A stretch of DNA of 64,000 nt, from NCBI GenBank assembly GCA_030390025.1, contig CM059437.1:72168001-72232000 (forward strand), given 5' to 3'. The notes below the pieces were generated by a model. The model worked only from the letters and a program-made list of their open reading frames with translations. It ran no database searches and was not told the DNA's origin. This stretch comes from Squalus acanthias (lineage: Eukaryota). Made by a program: the position numbers and the translations under genes. Below, one piece after another: positions 49,683-61,159 of this stretch (position 1 is its first letter; the number at the start of each line of letters is the position of its first letter).

Positions 49683-50890
49683 ATTAAAACAGAAAATGTT
49701 GGAAATACTCAGCAGGTCAGGCAGCATCTGTGGAGAGAAACAAATTTAATGTTTCAGGTCGCTGATCTTTCATCAGAACTGGAAAAAGTTAGAGATAGAA
49801 CAGGTTTTAAGCAAGTACAGAGGCAGGGAAAGAAAGAACTAAGGGGAAGGTCTGTGATAGGGTGGAAGGCAGGAGAGATTAAATGACAAAAGGGATGATG
49901 GTGCAAGGTGAAAGGGAATGGTAATGGTACAAGTAAAGAAACAAAAGATGGGTCTAGAGGAGGTGTAAATGGGAACAGCAGAATCATTGCCAACAGCTGC
50001 TGTCTGAAAAAATGGGGGCAGTGGTTATGATCTGAAATTGTTGAACTCAATGTTGAGTCCAGAAGGCTCTAAAGTGCCTAATTGAAAGATGAAGTGCTGT
50101 TCCTCGAGCTTATCTTGAGCTTCATTGGAACAGTGTCGGAGGCCAAGGACAGAGAGGTCATTGTGAGAGTGGGGCGGAGAATTGAAATGACAAGCGACCG
50201 GAAGCTTGGGGTCATGTTTGCGGACTGAAGAGGTGTGCCGCAAAGCAGTCACCCAATCTGCGTTTGGTCTCCCCAGTGCAAAGGAAGAAGCAGAGGGCCC
50301 TCAGGATGTCTTGATGGGAGATGGAGGTGTAGAGGGATTAGATATCCATGGTGAAAAGGAGACGGTTAGGGCCAGAAAACTGGAAACTGTTAAAGTGGCG
50401 GAGGACGTTGGAAGAGTCACGGATGTAGGTGAGAAGAGACTGGACAAGGGGAGAAAAAAGAAAGAGAGTTGAAACAGGGTGAAACGATGGGTCTACCAGG
50501 GCAGTCCTGTTTGCGGATCTTGGGAAGGAGGTAGATGCAGGCTATGCGGGGTTGGGGAACTATGAGGTTGGAGGTCATGGAGGGAAGATCTCCAGAGGAG
50601 GAGATGAGGTCAGTGACAGGCTGGGAAACAATGGCTTGATGTTCGGTGATGGGGTCATGGTCCAGGGGGAGGTAGGAGGAGGTGTCAGAGAGTTGCTGTT
50701 CAGCCTCCGCACGGTAGGGGTCAATTCGCCAAACAACAACAGCACCACCCTTGTCAGCAGGTTTAATGACAATGTTAGGGTTGGACCTGAGAGAACGGAG
50801 TGCTGCAAGTTCAGAGGGAGTAGGTTAGAGTGAGTGAGGGGAAGCAGAGAAATTGAGATGGCTAATGTCACGTCGGCAGTTCCCAATGAA
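49683..50890 (-). mobile_element. Penelope-like element with internal deletions
   Basis: Reverse complement matches segments of 19850-22120 (HDPKLPVACHFNSPPHSH...); hammerhead at 49744-49780 is decayed. Confidence 0.9.
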
Positions 50891-50964
50891 AAGATTTAGA
50901 AATACTTGCTGTTTATGTTGAGTATGTGCCAATTTAGCTGCTTGAGAAGAGGGGAATGACCAGA

Positions 50965-53560
50965 GAACCATGGAGGTTTATAGCACAGAAGGCGGTCATT
51001 CACCTCATTGTATCTCTGCTGGCTCTTTGCCATTACAGATGCATCTTAATTGGCCGGTTTTCTCTCATTCCCATTTGGCAAAACAATGTTCAATAAAAAA
51101 AACTTTAAATTCAGTGTTTAGGAAAAAAAATAAACAGAGAACCTTGCAATGGGACTGTAAGTCATTTGTGCATAGCAGAAAGAAAATGGGTCTCAGGCCA
51201 GATTATTTCAGCACCCCACTCAATATCCATCTTAATTTTAACCTGACAGTTTCTTTCCTTTAAACAGCTGCTAATCCATACTTGATACCCACTGATCTTA
51301 GTTTGCAAAGTAATCTCTTGGGCAGTACTTTTATCAAAAGCTTTTAGGTACACTACATCATTTGGCTTCTTGCGCCACCCCACTCCACCTCCAAGTTGAT
51401 TTGGGATGCCATATTAAAAACAGTCTATGTGGTTAATGGGGCAAATTTTATCCCATCTGAACTAGTGCTGCCTGTTGTTTATTAGGTTATTTTCATACAG
51501 GCACATTTCCATTCTACTTCCATTAGTTATTCAATTATTAAGGCCAGGCCAGTGGGTCTGTAGTTGTCAGATGTTGCCTTTCTTGAAAATGGAAACCACG
51601 TTTGTCCATTTCCAATCAGGCAGAATATCCCAGTGTTGATAGACTCCCTCAACAGAACGATCAGTAATTCGCAACACTGCCTTGTGTCTCCCAAGTACCC
51701 CGAGGTATAGTTAGTTGATCAATTGAAAGGGATTTATTGGCTTTTAGCCGTTTGAGCCCACTAGAACCTTTGTTTTGCTAATGCCACAGCCCCAAATAGC
51801 ACACAGTGGGCTGGATTTTGATACTGGGGCGGGTTGGGATCGTGTCATCCGCATTTCGTGTTATCCACCCGCCTGCAATTGGATGTGGGAGATTGATGCA
51901 ATTTTCACTTAATTGGGCAATTGAGTTCCAGCATGTGGGAACCCATGAACCAATTAGTGGTTTCAGTCTGAAAGTCGCCTCTGATGATGTCATCATTGCA
52001 GGTCAGAGACTGCCTGGTCTCAGCTGTGAGAGGACCTGGATGCAAAATGAGCAGGAGAGAGAGAGAGAATTTTTTTTGCAACCAAGTCCTCCCAGGCAAC
52101 TTTCACACTACCTTCATCACATCTCCGTTGTAATAGTGGACCTGCAGCTGATAGTCAGCTATCCACTTGTGCTCCCGCCAGGTTTCACTGGCGTGTTTCA
52201 CATCAGGCGTACTTCACGTCGGAAAAGGGTTAAGCTAGCTAAAACGTTTCAAAATGGCATTACAGAGCCAATTTAGGGCTTGTTAAGGGCTTTAATGGCC
52301 TCTCCCGCCTCTTGGAGGTGGGACGGAGTCGGGAACCCCGCGACCGATTTTGTCAAAATTGCGTGAAGGCGGGATAGAGTCGGGATGGGGTCGGGACCCC
52401 CTAATCTGCAACTTTAACCCCCCACACGCCTCCAAACCCGACTCCACGGGTCATTGAAAATCTAGCCCATAGTGTGTTTGATGGTATAATGTCATTTTCC
52501 TCGTTGGTAAGTGCCTCCAAACAGCAGTATTTAGCATGTTTACTATCTCCTGTACATTCCCATTTTCTACTCCATATGGATTCCATAAGGTTTTGATTTC
52601 CTTTCAGACTACCCACATGACATTAGTTTTGGGGGGGAAAAAACGGAATCTTCTGCTCAATAGCTTTCCGGTTCTTCTTGGTATCCATCGTTTATTTTCT
52701 AACCAACTTCTGTATAAATCTCAGTGCAGTGGATGCCGTTTCCTTTCTCCCTACAAGTTTTACTTTTTTTTCCTTAATTTCCCATTTGATCATTTGCCTT
52801 CCCCCTTCTGTACTTTGGTATGTACTTTTCCGACATGTCCACACAATTTTCAAAGGACATCCATTTATACTCAACCAATCTATCCTTGAATAGTGCCAGT
52901 CTACATTATCTGGGGCTCATACTCTGTCAAACTAAGGTTGAGTTTGTGAGTCCCATCACAAACTAAGGCCTGCACTGTTTCCCCAAGTGAGATTAAATAT
53001 TGTTGTACCATGGTCTTCATCCCCTAGCAGTTCAAATACTTCTACTCCTTGAATAGTGTCTGGGGCATTCTCAACAACCAAGTCAAGTTAAGAGCCACAT
53101 CTCATGAGCTCCCTGATTCACTAATTCAGGAAGCAGTCATGAACTACATTGATGAGCTCAGAATTGTCCAGACTTGGCCTTCCAATTTATGTTGGGCTGG
53201 TTGAAGTTTTCCATCAGTACTAGCTTCCTTGTCTCACTCATCATTCTGATCTCATCATAAAATGACAACTCATTCTCTTTATTTTGGTACTCAAACTCTA
53301 TAAATCTTGTCTTGGCCCTTATTCAGCCAGAGAATTTGATACTACAACCTTTTTTGTGTTGCAACTTCCCAGGTGTCACTTGCGTGTAATACAACCCCTT
53401 TACCTTTCCTGTCCACATTGAATGGCCTATACATTTGCAGGTTATATCCATTCCCACCATTCTAGGTTAACTTTGTTAGTGTGATCCTATGACATCACAA
53501 TTGCCAGGGGCCACCTTTGCCTCGAGATTCCATTTACAATTATACACGAGATGCTATAAA
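50965..53560 (-). mobile_element. Long, highly decayed CR1 LINE interrupted by a MITE
   Basis: Peptide remnant DVVYLKAFDK on the minus strand; CR1-like tail near 50970-51010. Confidence 0.55.
51808..52468. mobile_element. Harbinger-type non-autonomous DNA transposon
   Basis: TIRs GGGCTGGATTTT and AAAATCTAGCCC; same terminus class as 23657-24490. Confidence 0.75.
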
Positions 53561-55016
53561 CTGGCCTCTAATCTCCGACTTGCTGATGACCATTACATCT
53601 GGATGAATATGCCACAATAGTAAAAGTGGACTTGGATCCAGTTTTAGTTGTTTAAAAAAAACCAGACAGAATAGGTTTATCCTTGATCACAAAATTCCAA
53701 CACAACTGTGATATTGTTTATTCTTAGATGAAGTGTGGCTACAATCCTTACGCACAGGTAGTTTTGGTTGACTGCTGAGCAAATTAACTGGTTTTCATGA
53801 CTCTTGCGATCAACACAGCGAGTTCCTGATCTCAGTCGGGTCACCCTGGCAGATGCTGACTGGAAGCCAAGTGCTTCCCCAAAAGAAAAGATCATCGGTC
53901 CAATCACACTTACACAGTTACTCGCAGATAGCAAGAAAACAACACTTTTGGAGACGTGGGAGCAGCTCTCGGAGGGGAATGTGACACACGGAGATTCTAA
54001 AGAGGGGAAGGTAAGTAAACAAAACACTCCTAAATGCCCTTCATTTATCAAGTAACCTTCTGGCCAAGAAGGATAATGGCACTTTCATATATTTTTTTTA
54101 AAAGACTAATTGCATTTTAAAAAGGCACAAAGGTAGATTATTCTCAAATCAATGGATTGAAATTATTCTCCTTATCACAAGAATACAAATGAAAAACAAA
54201 CAAAAAAAAAATCACGCAATAATCACAGCCAAAATCAGAGAGTGGGAACCCACTGTGGGGACTTCCGACTGATGCACAAGATGGTGCTTTTACACACAAG
54301 GTCTATCTAGGAATTGCACATTTCTATTCTTAGCCAATTTGAAGTACAACAGGCTTCTTGAGCAGAGATGACAATTTTCTACTTAGAATCCAATCACTAT
54401 CTGCAGAGATGTGTACTGAATACATTCAAAGTGACAATAGGAACGTTAAGTAAACCACTTAGTGTTCCCTACATCACCTATTGTAGCTGCTGTAAAATTG
54501 ATCAATGTGAAGACTTGCTAAACTCCCAGCAATTTTCATCAGTGGTAATAACAGAAACACGAAAGAATCCAAAAAAAACATTGATCAGATGCAGCTCAAA
54601 AAATTACAGAGTCAAAACAGTTTCAATCAGACTATGAAAGTTACTAAAGAGCTGGAGTTACCACCAAATATTAATCAAGAGCATAATATTAATGTCTAGT
54701 TGTGAAGATTCTGACAATATATCAATCTCTCAGGTAGATCATTAACTGTTCATATCACACGTTAGAGCTTCTGTGATTCAGAACCAATAACGTGGAATCA
54801 TACCACTCTCCTAATGACTTAGGCAAAGGCACCAGCCTGTGTGGTACTGAGCACTACAGACCAGAACATCCCAAGATTCAATTCCCGGTCTGTGCTGAGT
54901 TGGCCATCTCAGCTGGGCTGTATGTGGGGTGCTACAATTTCCCTCAGCATCCTTGGGCTATGGTAGGGGGGGGGGGTGAATAAGATTATTAGCCATGGTT
55001 CTTACTCTTGATCCTC

Positions 55017-55700
55017 ATGCCTTTAGCTGTCTAGGCCCCAAACGCTGGAATTCCCTCCCTAAACCTCTCGACCTCTATCTCATCCTTTAAGATGCTCCTT
55101 AAAACCTCTCTCTTTGACCAAGCTTTTGGTCATCTGTCCCAATATCTCCTTATGTGGCTCGGTGCCAACATTTTGTCTGATCACGCTCCAGTGAAGCGCT
55201 TTAATAAGTTTTACTATGTTAAACGCGCTAGATAAATGTAATTTTAATGTGGTTATGTGTGTGGTCAGAGGAGGAGTTACCCTCTGTAGGCACGACTGCC
55301 AATGGTGGGGTAAAGGGAAGGAAGGATGCACAAGAAGCCAGAGCCAGAGGAAGGGAAAGTTTGGAGAAGGTTTTAGAGTTGGAGGAGGCTGCAGAGATAG
55401 GGAAGGGGGAGGCTGTAAAGTGATTTAAAATACGAGGATGTGAATTTTAAATTGGAGGCATTGGGGGACCGAGAGCCAATGTAGATCAGCAAGAACAGGG
55501 GTGATAGGTGAGTGGAACCTGAGGCAGCAGAGATTTGGAGGAGCTTAAGTATACTGACCATGGAGGTTGGGAGGCCAGCCAGGAGACATGGGAGGCCAGC
55601 CAGGAGACATGGGAGGCCAGCCAGGAGAGCAATGGAATAGTCATGTCTGGAGGTGATGAAGGTATAGATGAAGGTTTCAATGGCAGAGAGGAAAGATGGG
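55017..55700. mobile_element. Two opposed L2 fragments (+ 55017-55250, - 55255-55700) with an internal 21-bp triplication
   Basis: L2 3' ends facing each other; gggaggccagccaggagacat repeated about 3 times at 55569-55628. Confidence 0.8.
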
Positions 55701-57814
55701 GGCCATACCAAAGGAAACAACCAAGATGAGAGAGTAAAGGTTTTGCTGGGGAGAAGGGAAACAATGATGGAAGCGAGGAAGTGGTTGAGCAGATCGATGG
55801 CTGCAGAAGTATGGTGGCAACATTTTGTTTAGGACACCGACCAATCAGCATTCACTATTCACAGGCCAATGCTGTTCTATTGCCACCCACTAGGAGGTAT
55901 GCTAGAGCTGCCAAACGCCAATTCCTCCTATAGTTTTCTCTCCCTTTTTTGCAGAGCAACAGCCAATCTCCACACGTTAGGACAGCAGACTGGGAACTCA
56001 GCATATGGAAATTTGAGAGATTCAATCTGCATCTTATCGCCCTACAGCTCAGCTCATTGAAGCTTCAGTGCATTGCCCGCATCTCAATAAGCTTTCTCGT
56101 AAGGGAGGCTCACCATATTTACAACAGACTTTTTATTGAAGATTTAAAGTTAATTTGTTTTTATAGATTTTGGTTGGTTTTATGAGCTTTTTTTGCCTGA
56201 ATGGTAATAGAGTGCATCACTAATATCATCAGGGAACTGGCTCTGGGAAGTCATTGCCTCAAAAAAGCAAGAGAGCCAAATTAACATAGATTTAAAGTGA
56301 CAAAAATCACTGAAGCATCCAGAGTTAATGACTGCATCTTCTGTTGTTGATACTGCTCCTTCACACTGTCTAGCTCAGTAAGTCCGCCAAGCCAGATCCC
56401 CTTGAGGTTTAAAACACTCACTGTTCAAACAAAAATATTCACACACACAAAAACATCCAACAGAAATGGACAGGAAAAGCATGAAATAAAATCTGAAACC
56501 AAAATTCTTTATAACCATTTGATCTTTAAAAAAAAAAGTGCATATGGCAACATTTGTTCTTTATAAATATGTATTTGTACTATGCAAATCCTTTTCCAAT
56601 ACCCTCTCTATCCTCCCCATTTTATCTTATTTTCTGTTCTCCTTCCCAAGGCAGTGACTCTTCCTAGATAATGATCACAAGTGGGAACACCAGCTGATTT
56701 GTTTCTCCTTCCCTAACCAAGAGACAACAAGGCTGACTGTAGTCACAACACCACTGTCCAGACTGAGAACAGCTAAATCAAGGATCGAACCTAGCACCTT
56801 CCCAGTCTGGATGGTTGAGTCAAGTCACACTGCACCATCAGGGGAGGTCCCTTTCACACTACTTCAATAACTGGTGTCAACTCTTAGGGAGATTATTCAT
56901 ACTTTTTCCAATATAGAGAAAAAGCCCATTGAGAGTGTAAATCCAAACCGCAGTTTTCAAAACTATTAGATCTGCAACTGATCCAGCAACATGAAACTGT
57001 TAGACACGAGTCAAGCAAAGGATTCTTACACTCGAGTATTAATTAAAACACCCTCTGTGTACAGTACCCAATAGTTACAGGTCCTGGAAGTCAAAGGTTC
57101 CTTTCTAACCAGGACAGCCTCATTTCCTTTCATTTTACCACACCACAATTCAGAATTCAGGAGCACACAAGATCTTATTCATGTGCGCAATATCAATGGG
57201 CTCCCTTTATATCTTACACTTACAGCACAAAGTATAAATATGCACAGATGCAAGTGGGGATTCTGCAGCGTAAGGCTCATCACAAAACAGAGCATGAAGT
57301 GTTCCTAATCATAACATAAGGGTGTGTGTAACATTTTTGAATTAAGACTGAGACTCCATGAAGAGCCTGCCTGTTCTCAATGACTGGCTTTGGGCACAAG
57401 CCTGTTTGTCAACTAAAACTTGCGGAGTTCAACGTCTCATTTGTACCCATTCCAACCAGTTAAGAACTAGCCTATTTCTTTAAAAAGGAGATTTGATTGC
57501 AATACTTCAATTTAAAATATCCTCTCATCCACTTGGGCTTTAGTTCTAAAGCCCAGCACCTTAATTTGAGGCTATCGCTGCACCAATTATTCCATTATAA
57601 CCATCTTAAATGATTTCAAAATATGCAATTTTTTCCCTTAAGTTTAAAATATATAATAAAAGAATTGTAAAACTAATTAAGACAGGGAGGAGCTGAGCCA
57701 TTCAGTTCTGAGGGAGGATTTATATCTGAAGCATCAACTGTCTTTCGGTCTTTTCCTCGATCGATGCTGCCTGGCCTGCTGAGTTTCTCCAGTGCTTTCT
57801 GCTTTCGTTTCAGA

Positions 57815-58200
57815 ACCAAGGAGGCCCCAGGTTCAAAATGGCGGGTGCCGAATTAACTCATCTCTGCCAGGGTCACCACAATTGAACTCACTGTCTGGAT
57901 TAGAGTGGGAAGAGGCAAGAAGGAAAGAAATGAAACTGCTTGGGTGAGGATAGGATCAGGCTTGGCTGTGATGCCCATCATGGAAATCTAGCCTGGCACT
58001 CATCGTGTAGCTTCAACAGCGACAATAAACTTCTATTTATATAGCGCCTTTAATGTAATAAAACATCCCAAGCTTCACACAAAGAATGGCTGCTCGGGTG
58101 AAATACTGAGGGCACATTGCACCCATGGAACTGTATCGCAACAAGGAATCAGCATGTTCAATGGAAGAGGCCGGGGGCGGGGGGTGGGGGGGGGGGGGGG
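57815..58200 (+). mobile_element. Deu-domain SINE carrying a 55-bp L2-tail insertion
   Basis: SINE core gggtgaggataggatcaggcttggctgtgatgcc; insert 58016-58070 flanked by agcttca on both sides. Confidence 0.65.
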
Positions 58201-59002
58201 GGGGAAGAGATTTGGTATAAAAATTGAGTGCAAAAGGTCATAAAAAGCCAAAGAGCATTCTATTATTAAACAAATAAAGCTGCAAGTACTTTTGGGTTCG
58301 CTTCAGAATTACTGTTGCAACCCTCAAACAATTACATGGCAGAGATACCGTACACATAAAATAACCACCTTCCTTCCACCTACTTTCACTTTCTACGCAT
58401 TTCTCACAGAATATTAAAGAATGAAATGTCATCCACCCACGATATAACCATAAACCATTTCCTTTTGTTCACACTAGGACTGGTCAGAGAGCAGCATCAA
58501 TTATTTGCATCTAAATTGATAAATTTTTCCAGCATCTACAACCTCTGCAGACTGATGGCTGACAAAAGGCAGGGTTTTTTTTTAAAATGGCACCGTTTAA
58601 TCATTTCTACCCCATTATTATCTAAAATCAAGATAGATATGTTACACAAACAGCCCAGATCCAACATGATCCTACTGAATTTCACATGAGGCACTTTTCC
58701 GTTACTGTAAAAATATGTATGTCTAACACACACTTGAGTTTCAAACCCATTTCCCAAAGTGAAATGGTGCATGTTTTACGCCAAAATCATTTTAAGTTCT
58801 TCTAGCATATATCTGGATTTTGTGAGCCATTTTTCAATGTAACAGTGTGCATCTGTATACCAGAAAAGGGCAGCATCTTGTACTATTCTCAATAGTACCA
58901 CGAGTTCAATATTGATTGATCTTTGCTAGATCAATGGTATGGTCACCACAATTGACCTCAATATCCCACAATAGGAAGAGAGAGGGGAAAAAATCCTATT
59001 TC

Positions 59003-59720
59003 CAACAACAATTACATTTGTACAGCACTCCCATTGTAAAAAAACATCTCAAGGCTGTTTCACAGGGAGGTGGACAATGAGCAGTAAAGAGAGCAATTGG
59101 GAAGGAGAAGGGAAGGACACACCAAAGGTACAGTCAAAGATTCTTTTTTAAAAAGAGGCTTTTTTATGCAAGGAGGGAAGGTAAAGCGATTTTACGGAGG
59201 TACAGTATTTCTGGAAACAGGGATATAGTGATTGAAAGATCAGTCTCCGTTTTTGGAGCAGGAGGGTAGGGGATATGGCTGGAGAAGATTTCTCAGACAG
59301 GGTGGAGTGGGGGGGGAGCAATTTGAAGGATTTAGAGGTTGATTTGCTGAGTCACAGGGAGGAGTGTGCAGAATTCTGTGTGGAAGAGAACTCGGCAGAA
59401 AGCACTGGATTAGTTGAATTTTGTGATGGATAGGTGGAAGTACGGATGCTGGCAAGAAAAGCATTTGCGAAAAGCAATTTTTGAAGTGCTGAAGGCACAA
59501 TTAGGGTTTCAACCTATTCCGTCTGGGGGAGGGAAGCAGGAACTTGGGTGAGCAATGTTCTAGAAGTACAAGGATGTGGCATGACAACAGACCAGATGTG
59601 GAGCAAAAAAATTCACCTCAGTGTCCAGTGAATGCTGAAGCTGCAGAACACCAGACTCAGCCCGAGCGGACAGCCGGGGAAAGTGATGGCGTGAGAGCCA
59701 GAGGCACATCGGATTCACAA
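59003..59720 (-). mobile_element. Decayed L2 LINE
   Basis: caacaacaattacatttgtacagcac tail and minus-strand peptide PPCLRNLLQPY. Confidence 0.55.
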
Positions 59721-61159
59721 AAGCAGAAATGGTTAGGTTCGGATTTACCATGCTGTGCCACAAGAAGCAACCTCAAATATATACAAATCAATTTAAATTG
59801 AAAATCTATTACAAATATTAGAGAGGCTAGATCATGGGCAACCATGCATTTTGATAAATATCGCATGTGATGCCACCATAAGGCATTTATGCAGTCACAG
59901 AAATACTTGTACATCAAAATATGCCCTCTATTTATAACATGTCCCCTATTAATAAAAGATGTCTTGGTCTTCCAAATAACATGATAAACATATCCACAAG
60001 AGAAGCTGAACAGGCAACTTTATGGGTGATCTAACCATGCATATTCTATTTATAATACTGATAATATACAGAGATTAGTGTTCCTCTGTACCAACCAGTA
60101 AAATGAATCCCAATGTCCATTTTGACTAATTACTTGCTACATTATTATTTCTGGCCGAATCACATAGAAGCGAACCATCTGTACAAGGTAAGAAATATTA
60201 TATGTTTATATTAATATACTACTCAGAGGACATTGATAAAATGTTCAGTCTTTTCTCTCACAACTTATGGACGTTGTCCCAAACCCTTGTTGCAGTAAAG
60301 CACTGCGTACCGTGCGTTATACAGTACAGTAGGTTTTCAGCTAAAATAAAAGGAGGATTTGAATGAATATTCTTGCAGTCCAAGAAAAATATTGAAGCCG
60401 CTTTTTGATATCATTATTAACAGAATTGTCCTGGCATTTCCCAACACAGATGTTATAAAAGTTATATTATTTCCACCGGTGCAAAGTGATTTCAACTGAT
60501 TTCCTTGGTGTGAGAAAAATAACTCACTAAAATTAATTTCTAATCAGATGAAAACATACAAGTGTTACAACCGGATAATGTGGAGAAATGATAAACACCT
60601 CCACTCGTACAAGCAAATTATAACCCACTCATGAGTTTCATCAGCGGAAAGGTTTATCAGATCACACGGTTACCCATATATAATCTTGACGTCTTAAGAG
60701 CTGTAATACATCAATTCATCCTCACAATAGACGTAGAAGGGAAGGAGGATATTGTTTTCTTAGTGTAGTTAACCTTTTGTTTGAATGTTAATGTTTTAAT
60801 TGGAGATAAGTTTGTTAGTCTGCATTGTGTACCATTAAATAATTCTCTCATAAAATATCATGAGTACCAAAGAACAATTTACAAAGGCTGGATGTACAAT
60901 TTACAGGATTCAGATCCTGTGATAACCATTGTTCTTGCCTGTACTCACAAGCACCATTTATCTCAAGAATGTTGAAAATAAAGGTGAGGCTAACTCTGAA
61001 ATGTACATTGTGATCAAGGGCATGGTGGGGAGATTGAACTTGAAATGTATTACCTACACCCAGAGTGGATAATACTGATGGTTATAGGGAAGAGTATAAT
61101 AGCACATTATCTGAACACAAATTCAAAAGCCTTCTACTTATTTGGGAGAGGGAGATGGA

